From: Deltaproteobacteria bacterium
GTDB taxonomy: Bacteria > Desulfobacterota > WTBG01 > CAIYCZ01 > CAIRTM01
DNA: 58,954 nt
Direction: 5' to 3'
Assembly (NCBI GenBank): GCA_016875025.1
Contig: VGSH01000002.1
Span: 1 to 58,954, forward strand
Under the pieces are notes generated by a model. It did no database searches and was not told the origin of the DNA. It saw only the letters and a program-made list of their open reading frames with translations. The first letter of the stretch is position 1; every line of letters begins with the position of its first letter. Positions 44,827 to 53,180 of this stretch are shown in pieces. The translations under genes and the position numbers were made by a program.

Positions 44827-45759
44827 TCAGGAAGGCAGACGTTCCGCGATTGTTTTCAGGGTTTCCTCAAGGCTGCCCAGGCGTTTTTCCACCAGGCGGA
44901 TGCGCTCCAGTATCTGGTTCTGGTAATGCAGGTAACTGTCGCCGTGCGTTACCAGCAGGTCCTTGATCTGCTTGATCTCGTCCTGCTCCTGCGCTGCGGC
45001 CGTTGCGTCTTCGCGCTCAAGGTAGGCTTTGCGGTTAATGCGCTGATCGCGCTTGAAGGTGTCAAGATATTTGATTTCGCCGCTTTCAAAATATTCACGC
45101 GCGATGCCCTCGCGCATGTCATTGGCGTAGTTCCACTCGCCTTTCATGACGCCGTTTTCATAGTATTCGCGCAGCAGCCCCTCGCGCTTGCCGTTGATAT
45201 AGTTGCCGCGCGATTTGAGCTGTCCGTTGTCATAAAATTCTCGCACAATACCCTCGGGCCTGCCGTTGACGTTTTCCAGCTCGCTTTTGAGCTGCCCGTT
45301 CTCATAGTATTCCCGGCTCATTCCCTCTGGTTTGCCGCTGCTGGCCTCCCATTCGAGCTTCAGGGAGCCGTTTTCGTAATACTCGCGGCTGATGCCCTCA
45401 AGCGTGCCGTTGTGAAATCCGGTCTCCTTGAACAGGACACCGCCCGGATAGTACTCGCGCGTGGTGCCCTGCGCCCGGTCGTTATGAAACTGTATTTCAA
45501 GCCACAGGGATCCGTTCTCACGGAACAGGGTGGTCAGACCGTGGCGCATATTTTTTGCATACACCGCTTCGGCAAGCAGCTTGCCGCTGTCGTAATACTG
45601 GCGGACTATGCCGTCGGGGATAGTTCCCTCACGCTGGATAACATCATAGTTTTTGTCGACAACCGTGCGGGCGACTTCCTTCTCGCCGGTGTAAAAAACC
45701 AGCGTTATCGTCCCGTCGGCATTGTCAATTTTTTTACGGATTATGTCTGAGCTGTTCAT
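44827..45759 (-). CDS. MORN-variant/YwqK-like repeat protein with C-terminal coiled coil
   Basis: About 8 repeats of G..REYYENGQLK.E......G. The last 70 aa are heptad-like. Confidence 0.75.
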   Translation of the reverse strand: MNSSDIIRKKIDNADGTITLVFYTGEKEVARTVVDKNYDVIQREGTIPDGIVRQYYDSGKLLAEAVYAKNMRHGLTTLFRENGSLWLEIQFHNDRAQGTTREYYPGGVLFKETGFHNGTLEGISREYYENGSLKLEWEASSGKPEGMSREYYENGQLKSELENVNGRPEGIVREFYDNGQLKSRGNYINGKREGLLREYYENGVMKGEWNYANDMREGIAREYFESGEIKYLDTFKRDQRINRKAYLEREDATAAAQEQDEIKQIKDLLVTHGDSYLHYQNQILERIRLVEKRLGSLEETLKTIAERLPS

Positions 45760-46071
45760 GGATACTTCCCCGTGCGGTTATCATGGCAGCGCCGTGGAGC
45801 GTGAACGGTGGGCTACCGGATATCGGCATGTGCAACCGTATCAGCAGGCCTGCCGTGCTGTACAACTGTACACAAAAAACGCAAAAACAGCCAATAAAAA
45901 AAATTGAAATTATACTTGATGTTTTTTTGCGGAAATAATATTGTTTTTTTACAAATCCAGACACGTGCGGCAAAATATTGATATATTTGATACGGGGTTG
46001 TATTTGTGTGTTTTGTGACGTGACGTGACGTGCCGGTGAATTTTGTGAACGGGACATACGGGGGAGCTGGG

Positions 46072-46782
46072 ATGCCAAAGATATTGATCATTGATGATGA
46101 TGCCCGCCTGGTTGAAAACGTGGCCAAGTATATGCATGATTTCGGCTTTGCGATCGACAGCGCCCTGAACGGTATCGAAGGCCTGGAAAAAGTTGCAACG
46201 TTTGCCCCTGACCTCATCGTGCTCGACCTGATGATGCCGGGCCTTGACGGTGTTGAGGTGTGTCGAGAAATACGTAAGACAAGCACGCTTCCCGTGATCA
46301 TGCTCACGGCGCGGGCAGATGAGACCGATGTCGTCGCCGGTCTTGAAGTCGGCGCCGACGACTACATCACCAAGCCGTTCAGCCTGCGCGAGCTTGTCGC
46401 CCGCATCAAGGCGCGTCTGCGCCACGACCGGACCGAGAGCATGTCGCAGGCGCATAAAGATGTTATTACCCACGGTATTCTGACGCTTGATTCAGTCAGG
46501 CGCGAAGTCTCTAAACAGGACGTGCACGATCCGCAGGTTCAGCAGAAAATAACCCTGACCGGCACCGAATTTAATCTGTTGTGGCTGCTCGCATCCAACC
46601 CTGGCGTCGTGTTTAGCCGCGAGAAGCTGCTCGAAGACCTGCGCAGCCGCGAGCTGGAAGCCTTTGACCGCTCAATCGACGCCCATATCAGTCATCTGCG
46701 TAAAAAAATCGAGGACAATCCCAAAACCCCGCGCTATATTGTCACGGTCTGGGGGGCCGGTTATAAGTTTCAGGGTCGCTGA
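46072..46782 (+). CDS. OmpR-family response regulator
   Basis: ILIIDDD, DLIVLDLMMPGLDG, C-terminal winged helix LT.TEFNLLWLLA...RYIVTVWGAGYKF. Confidence 0.93.
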   Translation: MPKILIIDDDARLVENVAKYMHDFGFAIDSALNGIEGLEKVATFAPDLIVLDLMMPGLDGVEVCREIRKTSTLPVIMLTARADETDVVAGLEVGADDYITKPFSLRELVARIKARLRHDRTESMSQAHKDVITHGILTLDSVRREVSKQDVHDPQVQQKITLTGTEFNLLWLLASNPGVVFSREKLLEDLRSRELEAFDRSIDAHISHLRKKIEDNPKTPRYIVTVWGAGYKFQGR

Positions 46783-46785
46783 TCC

Positions 46786-48177
46786 ATGGCCGGTTTCAGG
46801 ATTGGACTTTTCTGGAAGCTGTGTCTGTCGATTCTTGCCAGCATGGCCTGCAGCCTTGTTATTATAACGGTTTTGTACCTGGGATTAACTCCCCACACAC
46901 CGCTTCGTCCGCACATCAAGACCGCCCTTTTGCATGAAACACAGCGTATCGCGCGTCTGATCGAGGAGGGCCTCGCTGCGGGCGACAGCCCCGTCGCTGT
47001 TCTTGAACGCCTGCATGCAGACGACAGCGCCAGCATCACGCTCTACGGAGCAGACGGCTGCGTAATTGCACGCAGCCTTGATTACGGAATTACCGTGCCT
47101 GACTGCATTCCGGCTGAGGTGATTGATACTGTTGCGCAGCAGGGCTGGTTTCTTGAAGTCACCTATCCCCGAAGGGTGCTTTCCCCTGTGGTTTTTGTGC
47201 CTGCCCGGCGTGACGGCGGCCGGCATTGTATCGTGCGCTGCGATTATCCGGTTACCAAGCGGTTCCTGCGTATTCTGCCTCCCTGGATGATTGAAGGCGT
47301 GGTGCTTCTGTCGCTTTTGATCTGCGTCCTGCTGCTGTCGCGCTATCTGACCCGGCCCCTGCGCCATCTCACCCGGGCGGCCCGGGAAATGGGACAGGGC
47401 AATTTCGGGCGTACGATAACCGTTGCATCTCATGATGAAGTCGGCGAGCTGGCCCAGGCCATGTCGAGCATGTCGCAGCGCATAGCGAACGACTATGCCG
47501 CGCGCAGGGAGCTGTTTGCCGATATCTCCCACGAACTGCGCTCGCCGCTGGCGCGCATGCTGACCGATGCCGAGATACTGCTTGAACGCCCGATGGGCCC
47601 GGCCGATCAGGAGCAGCACCTGCGCGCGATCTGTACTGAAATCGAAAATCTCAATCAGCTGATCGGCGATCTGACCATCCTTGCCAAAGCAGAACTGGAT
47701 GAGTTTGATGTTGCCCCCGCACCGCATCCCCTGCAGGATGTCGTGCTGCAGTCCGTGGCACTGTTTCTGCCCCAGATTGAGGAAAAGCGCATCAGGCTTC
47801 TTCAAACAATTCCGCAGGACCCCGGCTATGTCATGCTCGATCCAAAGCGCATCGGCCAGGTCGTGTCCAATCTGGTTGCCAATGCCCTGCGCTACACGCC
47901 CGAGGGCGGAACACTCGAGATCGGCATCAATGTCAGGAACGGCGTGGCTGAAGTCTGGCTGCGCGACAACGGCCCCGGTATTCCTGAAGACAAACTGCCT
48001 TTTATTTTTGAGCGTTTTTTCCGGGTTGACAAGTCGCGCTCCCGCACAACCGGCGGCTCAGGGTTGGGCCTGGCGATCGTGAAGAAATTTGTCGAGGTGC
48101 ACGGCGGGCAGGTGCAGGTCGAAAGTACGCCGGGAAAGGGAACGTGCGTCAGCTTTACGCTGCCCCGGTCGTTGTAG
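46786..48177 (+). CDS. Sensor histidine kinase (2 TM, HAMP, HisKA, HATPase_c)
   Basis: H-box ISHELRSPL, N-box NLVANALRYT, DNGPGI, GGSGLGLAIV. Confidence 0.92.
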   Translation: MAGFRIGLFWKLCLSILASMACSLVIITVLYLGLTPHTPLRPHIKTALLHETQRIARLIEEGLAAGDSPVAVLERLHADDSASITLYGADGCVIARSLDYGITVPDCIPAEVIDTVAQQGWFLEVTYPRRVLSPVVFVPARRDGGRHCIVRCDYPVTKRFLRILPPWMIEGVVLLSLLICVLLLSRYLTRPLRHLTRAAREMGQGNFGRTITVASHDEVGELAQAMSSMSQRIANDYAARRELFADISHELRSPLARMLTDAEILLERPMGPADQEQHLRAICTEIENLNQLIGDLTILAKAELDEFDVAPAPHPLQDVVLQSVALFLPQIEEKRIRLLQTIPQDPGYVMLDPKRIGQVVSNLVANALRYTPEGGTLEIGINVRNGVAEVWLRDNGPGIPEDKLPFIFERFFRVDKSRSRTTGGSGLGLAIVKKFVEVHGGQVQVESTPGKGTCVSFTLPRSL

Positions 48178-48216
48178 CAGGGGAAATCGGGTGGCCGGGA
48201 AGGAGTTGCAGGTGCT

Positions 48217-48876
48217 TCAGGCGGCCAGCCGCATGCGCATTTCGGCAATGGTTGCGGCGTAGTCGGGTGTGCCCAGGATGCCCGAGCCCGAAACGAACAC
48301 GTCCGCGCCGGCGTCGCTCACCTGGCGGATATTGTCCACCACGATGCCGCCGTCAACCTCGACCGGAATATTCTTTCCGGCCGCAGTCAGCATGGCCTTG
48401 AGGAGGCGCAGCTTGTCCAGCATGGCCGGGATGAATTTCTGCCCGCCGAATCCCGGGTTGACTGTCATGATCAGGATCATGTCAAGATCATCCAGCACAT
48501 GATCCAGCACGCACAGGGGCGTGGCGGGATTGAGCGCGGCCGCGGCCTTGGCCCCGCGGCCGCGGATGGCCTGCAGGGTGCGCTGCAAATGCGGGCAGGC
48601 TTCGGGGTGCACGGAAATAAGCGCACTGCCCGCGTCGGCAAAGGCGTCGATGTAGCGGTCTGCATCGGCAATCATCAGATGCACGTCAAGCGGCAGGCCG
48701 GTCACCCTTCGAGCGGCCGCCACAACCATGGGGCCGATCGTAATGTTGGGAACAAAATGCCCGTCCATAACGTCAAGGTGGATATAGTCGGCCCCGGCTG
48801 CCTCAAGCGCGCGGATTTCATCACCCAGCCGTGAAAAATCAGCTGAAAGCACCGAGGGCGATATTTTTTTGTCCAT
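48217..48876 (-). CDS. rpe: Ribulose-phosphate 3-epimerase
   Basis: ISPSVLSADF, HLDVMDGHFVPN, MTVNPGFGGQKF, VDGG. Confidence 0.95.
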   Translation of the reverse strand: MDKKISPSVLSADFSRLGDEIRALEAAGADYIHLDVMDGHFVPNITIGPMVVAAARRVTGLPLDVHLMIADADRYIDAFADAGSALISVHPEACPHLQRTLQAIRGRGAKAAAALNPATPLCVLDHVLDDLDMILIMTVNPGFGGQKFIPAMLDKLRLLKAMLTAAGKNIPVEVDGGIVVDNIRQVSDAGADVFVSGSGILGTPDYAATIAEMRMRLAA

Positions 48877-49006
48877 GAACGGTTCTCTCCTGTGATCTTT
48901 GCTGTGCGCTTCAGGAAACGTGTGCAGCACCTGATGCGCTGTGAGTGCGGGGCGCTTGGTACATTTTTGTGCGGTCCTTGATTACATGGGCATGATTGCC
49001 GCTGTC

Positions 49007-49189
49007 TCAGGCCTTGGGGTTCGAACCAGATGAGCGCAGCAGCACTTCGTCAATCTTTTTTTTATCAAAGCGCCAGGAATTGCCGACGCGAAATCCCGGA
49101 ATAGTTCCCTGCTTCGCATGTTTATACACCGTCAAAACAGACATTTTCAGGTACTGGGCAACTTCCTTGGGGGTCATGATTTCAGGCAT
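49007..49189 (-). CDS. Excisionase/MerR-type helix-turn-helix DNA-binding protein
   Basis: MTPKEVAQYLKMSVLTVYKHAKQGTIPGFRVGNSWRF is the typical excisionase-family HTH_17 pattern. Confidence 0.75.
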   Translation of the reverse strand: MPEIMTPKEVAQYLKMSVLTVYKHAKQGTIPGFRVGNSWRFDKKKIDEVLLRSSGSNPKA

Positions 49190-49567
49190 TGGTTCTCCTT
49201 TGTGTCGTGGCGTGCCTGCTGACAGCGCTGATGCAGCACCGGGATCAGGCAGCAGTTGTTTCGCGGCGCGGTACCGGCCGGGCCTTTTTCATTGAGCACG
49301 TCCGGAAACTAATTCTGATAGAGCCTTTCAGATGATGAACAGGCTTTGTAAAAATGCAATCTATTAAAAACAGCATTATTATATGCTAAATATTGCATTG
49401 TTTGTCAATAAAAAATAAATATTTAGATTTTTTTGTTTTAGAAACACAGCCTTCAGTGCCGCTGAGACATACAGGAAAGACGGTTGATACTGAAGTATCC
49501 GGTTTGCCGAGTATGGGCGTGCCTGAGCGGCTGAGATGCTGTAACTGCAGCTTCCGAAAGGCGCAAC

Positions 49568-49735
49568 CTATTCAGAGTTTTCGGGCGGAGTGTCGGCTTG
49601 CTCGTTCTGCCGGTCGCGAAATGCTTTCAGGTTTTCCTCGATTTCGCTGAATTTCTGCTCACAATCGGCAAACTGTTTATCAAAGGTTGTAAACAGTTCT
49701 TCGAGTTCGTTGTCTTTTTCTTCTTCTTCACTCAT
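49568..49735 (-). CDS. 55-aa acidic helical protein (hypothetical)
   Basis: MSEEEEKDNELEELFTTFDKQFADCEQKFSEIEENLKAFRDRQ... GAGG about 9 nt upstream. The longer 117-aa version lacks coding character. Confidence 0.4.
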   Translation of the reverse strand: MSEEEEKDNELEELFTTFDKQFADCEQKFSEIEENLKAFRDRQNEQADTPPENSE

Positions 49736-49938
49736 TGCAGCCGCCTCGTTGCGTGATTCACCGATTGAAGGAGTATAGCAGATACCAGCGCTTAAAGCCA
49801 AAAAAACTTCGCGCGCGATTGAGCCGGTTTGTTCTTTTATACAGGCCGCGGTCGTTTTCCGGGCGGATACCTCCTGCGGATTATTTTTTGTGAAATATCG
49901 GGTTGCGCAGCGCAGAAGCATGTGGTATATTCATTATA

Positions 49939-49972
49939 GTTGGGAACCCAACCAATGCTGTGCATTGCATTG
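49939..49972. promoter_or_regulatory. Two adjacent palindromes (operator-like) upstream of the ferredoxin-FDBR gene
   Basis: GTTGGGAACCCAAC (49939-49952, perfect 6+2+6) and CAATGCtgtGCATTG(CATTG) (49953-49972), 75-110 nt upstream of ATG 50048. Confidence 0.4.
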
Positions 49973-50047
49973 GCCGGGTATGTGAGCAGCCGGATGCCTG
50001 CGGCAGTCCGGTAAAAACCGGTATAGACACAGGGAGGTTCAGTATCC

Positions 50048-51031
50048 ATGGCGCGTGAGAACAAAAAAACGGATTTTATACTTGACGAAGAGAAGTGTAT
50101 CGGATGCGGCATCTGCATTGATGCCTGCCCGCTTAAAATTCTCGAGATTGTGAACGGGCTCTGCATCATGACCGATGCGACCAAATGCCTGGAGTGCGGA
50201 ACCTGTATCCGTGAATGTCCGCAGGATGCCATTACAATACCGGGGGTAAAGGTTTCATCGAAAACCGGCTCTGATGCTCCGCGAGCAGCCTCCGCGCCCG
50301 TCGTTAAGGGCGATGAAAAGTTCACCCCCATTCTGCAGCATCTTACCGATATGCTGATGCAGGAGCTCGCTTCGGAGCAGATTTTTGAGCATGCCGGGAC
50401 GGACATCCGCAGTCTGGAGGAGTTTGATGTTGAGGGCCACAGTTGTTTTTACCGTGCCTACAAAGCACCCAAGCTTGAGAAAATCGGCTTGTCGAGGATG
50501 AATTTTTACGGCACAATGGTGGCTGACGTGGTGGTTGTAACGCCGGCTGCCAACTATGATATTCCCTATTATATCATGGACTGGGATGAGTCCGATGAGC
50601 ACATTTTCTTCATCTGCGACCTCATGTCGGGCGATGACGTCGGCCGCAACCAGCAGATGCTGCAGAAATATTATTATGAGCCGCTTGAGGACCTCTATCA
50701 GGAATTCGCAGCCATGCCGGGCATGCGGCCGAGCGTGTTTCACTGGGTGCGGGCGCTGCATTCGCCCTATATTATCACCGGCACGGTTGAGAAAAACCCT
50801 GAAAGCGTGGCCGGTATTTTCAAGTGCGCGGTTGACTATTTCAACGCCTGGCTGAATATTTACAAAGCAGCGCAGCCCCGCGACCCGCAGTCGCCGGAAA
50901 TGCGGCTTATCAATGAGCGCCGCCGTCAGATCCGGGCGGTCTACAAGGAAAATGATCCGGGAGTCGGCTCGCTCAACAAGTTCCTGGGAGACAAGATGGC
51001 CGACATAGCCCTGTCGATTATCGAGCCATAA
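50048..51031 (+). CDS. Fusion protein: 2x[4Fe-4S] ferredoxin domain + FDBR (bilin-reductase fold)-like domain
   Basis: CIGCGICIDACP and CLECGTCIRECP. After a Ser/Ala/Pro linker: FYRAYKAPKLEKIGLSRMNFYGTMVADVVVVTPAANYDIPYYIMDWDE...FFICDLMS, HSPYIITG, and C-terminal YKENDPGVGSLNKFLGDKMADIALSII. These align by eye with PcyA blocks. Confidence 0.65.
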   Translation: MARENKKTDFILDEEKCIGCGICIDACPLKILEIVNGLCIMTDATKCLECGTCIRECPQDAITIPGVKVSSKTGSDAPRAASAPVVKGDEKFTPILQHLTDMLMQELASEQIFEHAGTDIRSLEEFDVEGHSCFYRAYKAPKLEKIGLSRMNFYGTMVADVVVVTPAANYDIPYYIMDWDESDEHIFFICDLMSGDDVGRNQQMLQKYYYEPLEDLYQEFAAMPGMRPSVFHWVRALHSPYIITGTVEKNPESVAGIFKCAVDYFNAWLNIYKAAQPRDPQSPEMRLINERRRQIRAVYKENDPGVGSLNKFLGDKMADIALSIIEP

Positions 51032-51103
51032 TGTCCGGACGTGTGAGCGCAGTTGCATGATTCGTGATTGAGTCGGCTGAAAAACGTACGGAAGGGTTAT
51101 GCT

Positions 51104-53035
51104 ATGCATACCACTGCACAGGCCTCGGGCTGGGCCGGCACTATCGCGCATGTTGATCTAACGCAGCGGTCGGTACAAACTATCGAAACCGCTCGCTACA
51201 GCCGCGACTATATCGGCGGGCTGGGCATGAGCCTGCGCCTGTACCGGGATATGGCCCGGCCTGATGCGGATGCGTTTCATCCCGACAGCCCGCTGCTGTT
51301 CATGACCGGTCCGCTGGCAGCCACGCCGGCGCCGAGTGCCTCGCGCCTTGTGGTGTGCGGCAAGTCGCCCTGCGTATTTCCTGAGCACTTCGTTTCGGCA
51401 AATCTGGGCGGTTTCATTGCCGCTGAGCTCAAAAAGGCCGGCTATGACGGCCTGGTCGTGACCGGCCGGGCCGACAGCCCGGTATACCTGCATATTCAGG
51501 ACGGCACCATCGAGATCCGATGCGCCCGGCACCTGTGGGGGCAGGGCAACTATGCCACCCGGGAGCGCCTGCTGCGCGATCACGGCAGCCGCTCCCGCAT
51601 GCTCTCGATCGGCCCGGCCGGAGAAAACCGGACCCGCATCGGCATTGTGTTCTCTGATGCCGGCAGCTGCGCCTCAATGGGGTTCGGTTCGGTCATGGGT
51701 TCCAAACATCTCAAGGCCGTGGTCGTGCAGGGCAGCGGCAGCATCGGGGTTGCCGATCCTGATGCTATCAAACATATCCGGCAGACCTATCGTGCCATGA
51801 CCGGCCAGGGGTATTTTCACCTGTTCAACAAGCCGATCGTGCTGCCCGGGGCAACGGTGCAGAAGAAGGTGCACTGCCACGGCTGCCCGCAGGGCTGCTG
51901 GAGGTCACTGCACCGCAGCCCGGAAGGCCGCGAGGATGTGCGCAAATGCCAGATCGGCAATTTCTACATGCTGTGGGACAAACAGCTGCACGGCACGTTT
52001 ACCGAGGCAAGCTTTGAAGCTCCCACCATGGCCAATGATTACGGCGTGTGTGCCATGGACATGGTGTTCATCCTGCTGTGGCTTGACCGCTGCCGCTCGC
52101 AGGGCCTTGTAACGCAGGCTTCCACAGGCCTTGCATTTGATCAGATGGGCAGCCGGGAGTTTCTCGATGATGTGCTCAAAAAAACTTCGCTGCGACAGGG
52201 CTTTGGCGATCAGCTGGCTGAAGGCCTGCTGCGGCTCTCCCGCTCAGTTGGAGGAGAGGCTCAGACCATTGCCGAAAACATGCTGACTGAGAGCGGTCGG
52301 GCGATCGCCTACGGGCCGAAAGTATTCGCCATGGCAGCGCCCATTTACGCGACCGAGCCGCGGCCGTGCATCACTGAGCTGCATGAAATCTGCGAACCAC
52401 TGACCAAGTGGGCTCGCTGGCATCTGTCCGGCGGCACCGAGGGCTATATGTCGACCGATGTGCTGCGGCGTATTGCGCAAGCTTTCTGGGGCAGTTGCGA
52501 GGCCGTGGATTTCAGCACGCATGCGGGCAAGGCCCTGGCAGCCGTCAAGGTGCAAAACCGCCAGTTTATAAAGGAGTCGCTCAACCTGTGCGATTTCGCC
52601 TGGCCGGTGTATGATGCCGCTAATACGCCCGATCATGTCGGTGATCCCGATCTGGAGCGCACGCTGTTCACGGCCGTGACCGGCATTGATGCGACGCGCG
52701 ATGATTTTGACCGCATCGCCGGGCGGCTCGTGACCCTGTACCGCTGTATTCTGCTGGGAGAAGGCCGCAGCGACGACACCCTGCCCGAATTCATGTTCAT
52801 CGAGCGGCCCGAGATGATCGCTGATGTGTTCGGCATGTATAATCCGGAGCTGTATCTTCCCGGCAGCGGTGCGGAGATCATCTCGCGCAAGGGCAGGGCG
52901 CTCGACCGGGAGCAGTTTGCGGCCATGATGGATGAGTACTACGAGCTGCGTGGATGGGATGTGCAGACCGGTCTGCCGAAGCCTGAGACCCTGCAGCGGC
53001 TCGGCTTGAGCGCGCAGCCGCAGAACTGCTCCTGA
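51104..53035 (+). CDS. Aldehyde:ferredoxin oxidoreductase (AOR) family tungsto/molybdopterin enzyme
   Basis: GWAGTIAHVDLT, YIGGLGMS, GPAGENRTRI, GSVMGSKHLKAVVV (AOR N-terminal domain). CHGCPQGC cluster motif. Start set at ATG 51104 behind GGAAGGG. Confidence 0.85.
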   Translation: MHTTAQASGWAGTIAHVDLTQRSVQTIETARYSRDYIGGLGMSLRLYRDMARPDADAFHPDSPLLFMTGPLAATPAPSASRLVVCGKSPCVFPEHFVSANLGGFIAAELKKAGYDGLVVTGRADSPVYLHIQDGTIEIRCARHLWGQGNYATRERLLRDHGSRSRMLSIGPAGENRTRIGIVFSDAGSCASMGFGSVMGSKHLKAVVVQGSGSIGVADPDAIKHIRQTYRAMTGQGYFHLFNKPIVLPGATVQKKVHCHGCPQGCWRSLHRSPEGREDVRKCQIGNFYMLWDKQLHGTFTEASFEAPTMANDYGVCAMDMVFILLWLDRCRSQGLVTQASTGLAFDQMGSREFLDDVLKKTSLRQGFGDQLAEGLLRLSRSVGGEAQTIAENMLTESGRAIAYGPKVFAMAAPIYATEPRPCITELHEICEPLTKWARWHLSGGTEGYMSTDVLRRIAQAFWGSCEAVDFSTHAGKALAAVKVQNRQFIKESLNLCDFAWPVYDAANTPDHVGDPDLERTLFTAVTGIDATRDDFDRIAGRLVTLYRCILLGEGRSDDTLPEFMFIERPEMIADVFGMYNPELYLPGSGAEIISRKGRALDREQFAAMMDEYYELRGWDVQTGLPKPETLQRLGLSAQPQNCS

Positions 53036-53038
53036 TAT

Positions 53039-53055
53039 GGCCGCGGCCTTTTTTT
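53039..53055 (+). terminator. Weak terminator-like GC palindrome + T7 run after the AOR gene
   Basis: GGCCGCGGCC followed by TTTTTTT. The stem is very short. Confidence 0.25.
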
Positions 53056-53180
53056 GCCTGCCGCACGTTTTTTTCCTTGAAAACACCCCCGCTAAGCTAT
53101 TTAATACTCTCACAGCAGGTTAGTGGCCGGCTTTCGGACGCCCTGCCGGTCGTATGCTTTTGCGCAGGAAGGTGTATGTG

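Noticed and set aside
42163-47805. Other long shadow ORFs (42163-43077 minus, 44611-45750 plus, 46885-47805 minus). The same applies to 710-1447, 19251-20501, 31274-31912, 36132-36926, 50255-51151, 52244-53113 and 53637-54335.
   Set aside because: Each is fully contained in a motif-supported gene on the opposite strand and has low-complexity composition.
49010-49035. tRNA-like GGGGTTCGAACC T-arm motif
   Set aside because: The flanking bases do not form a T-stem or an acceptor stem. The sequence lies inside the HTH gene's coding region.
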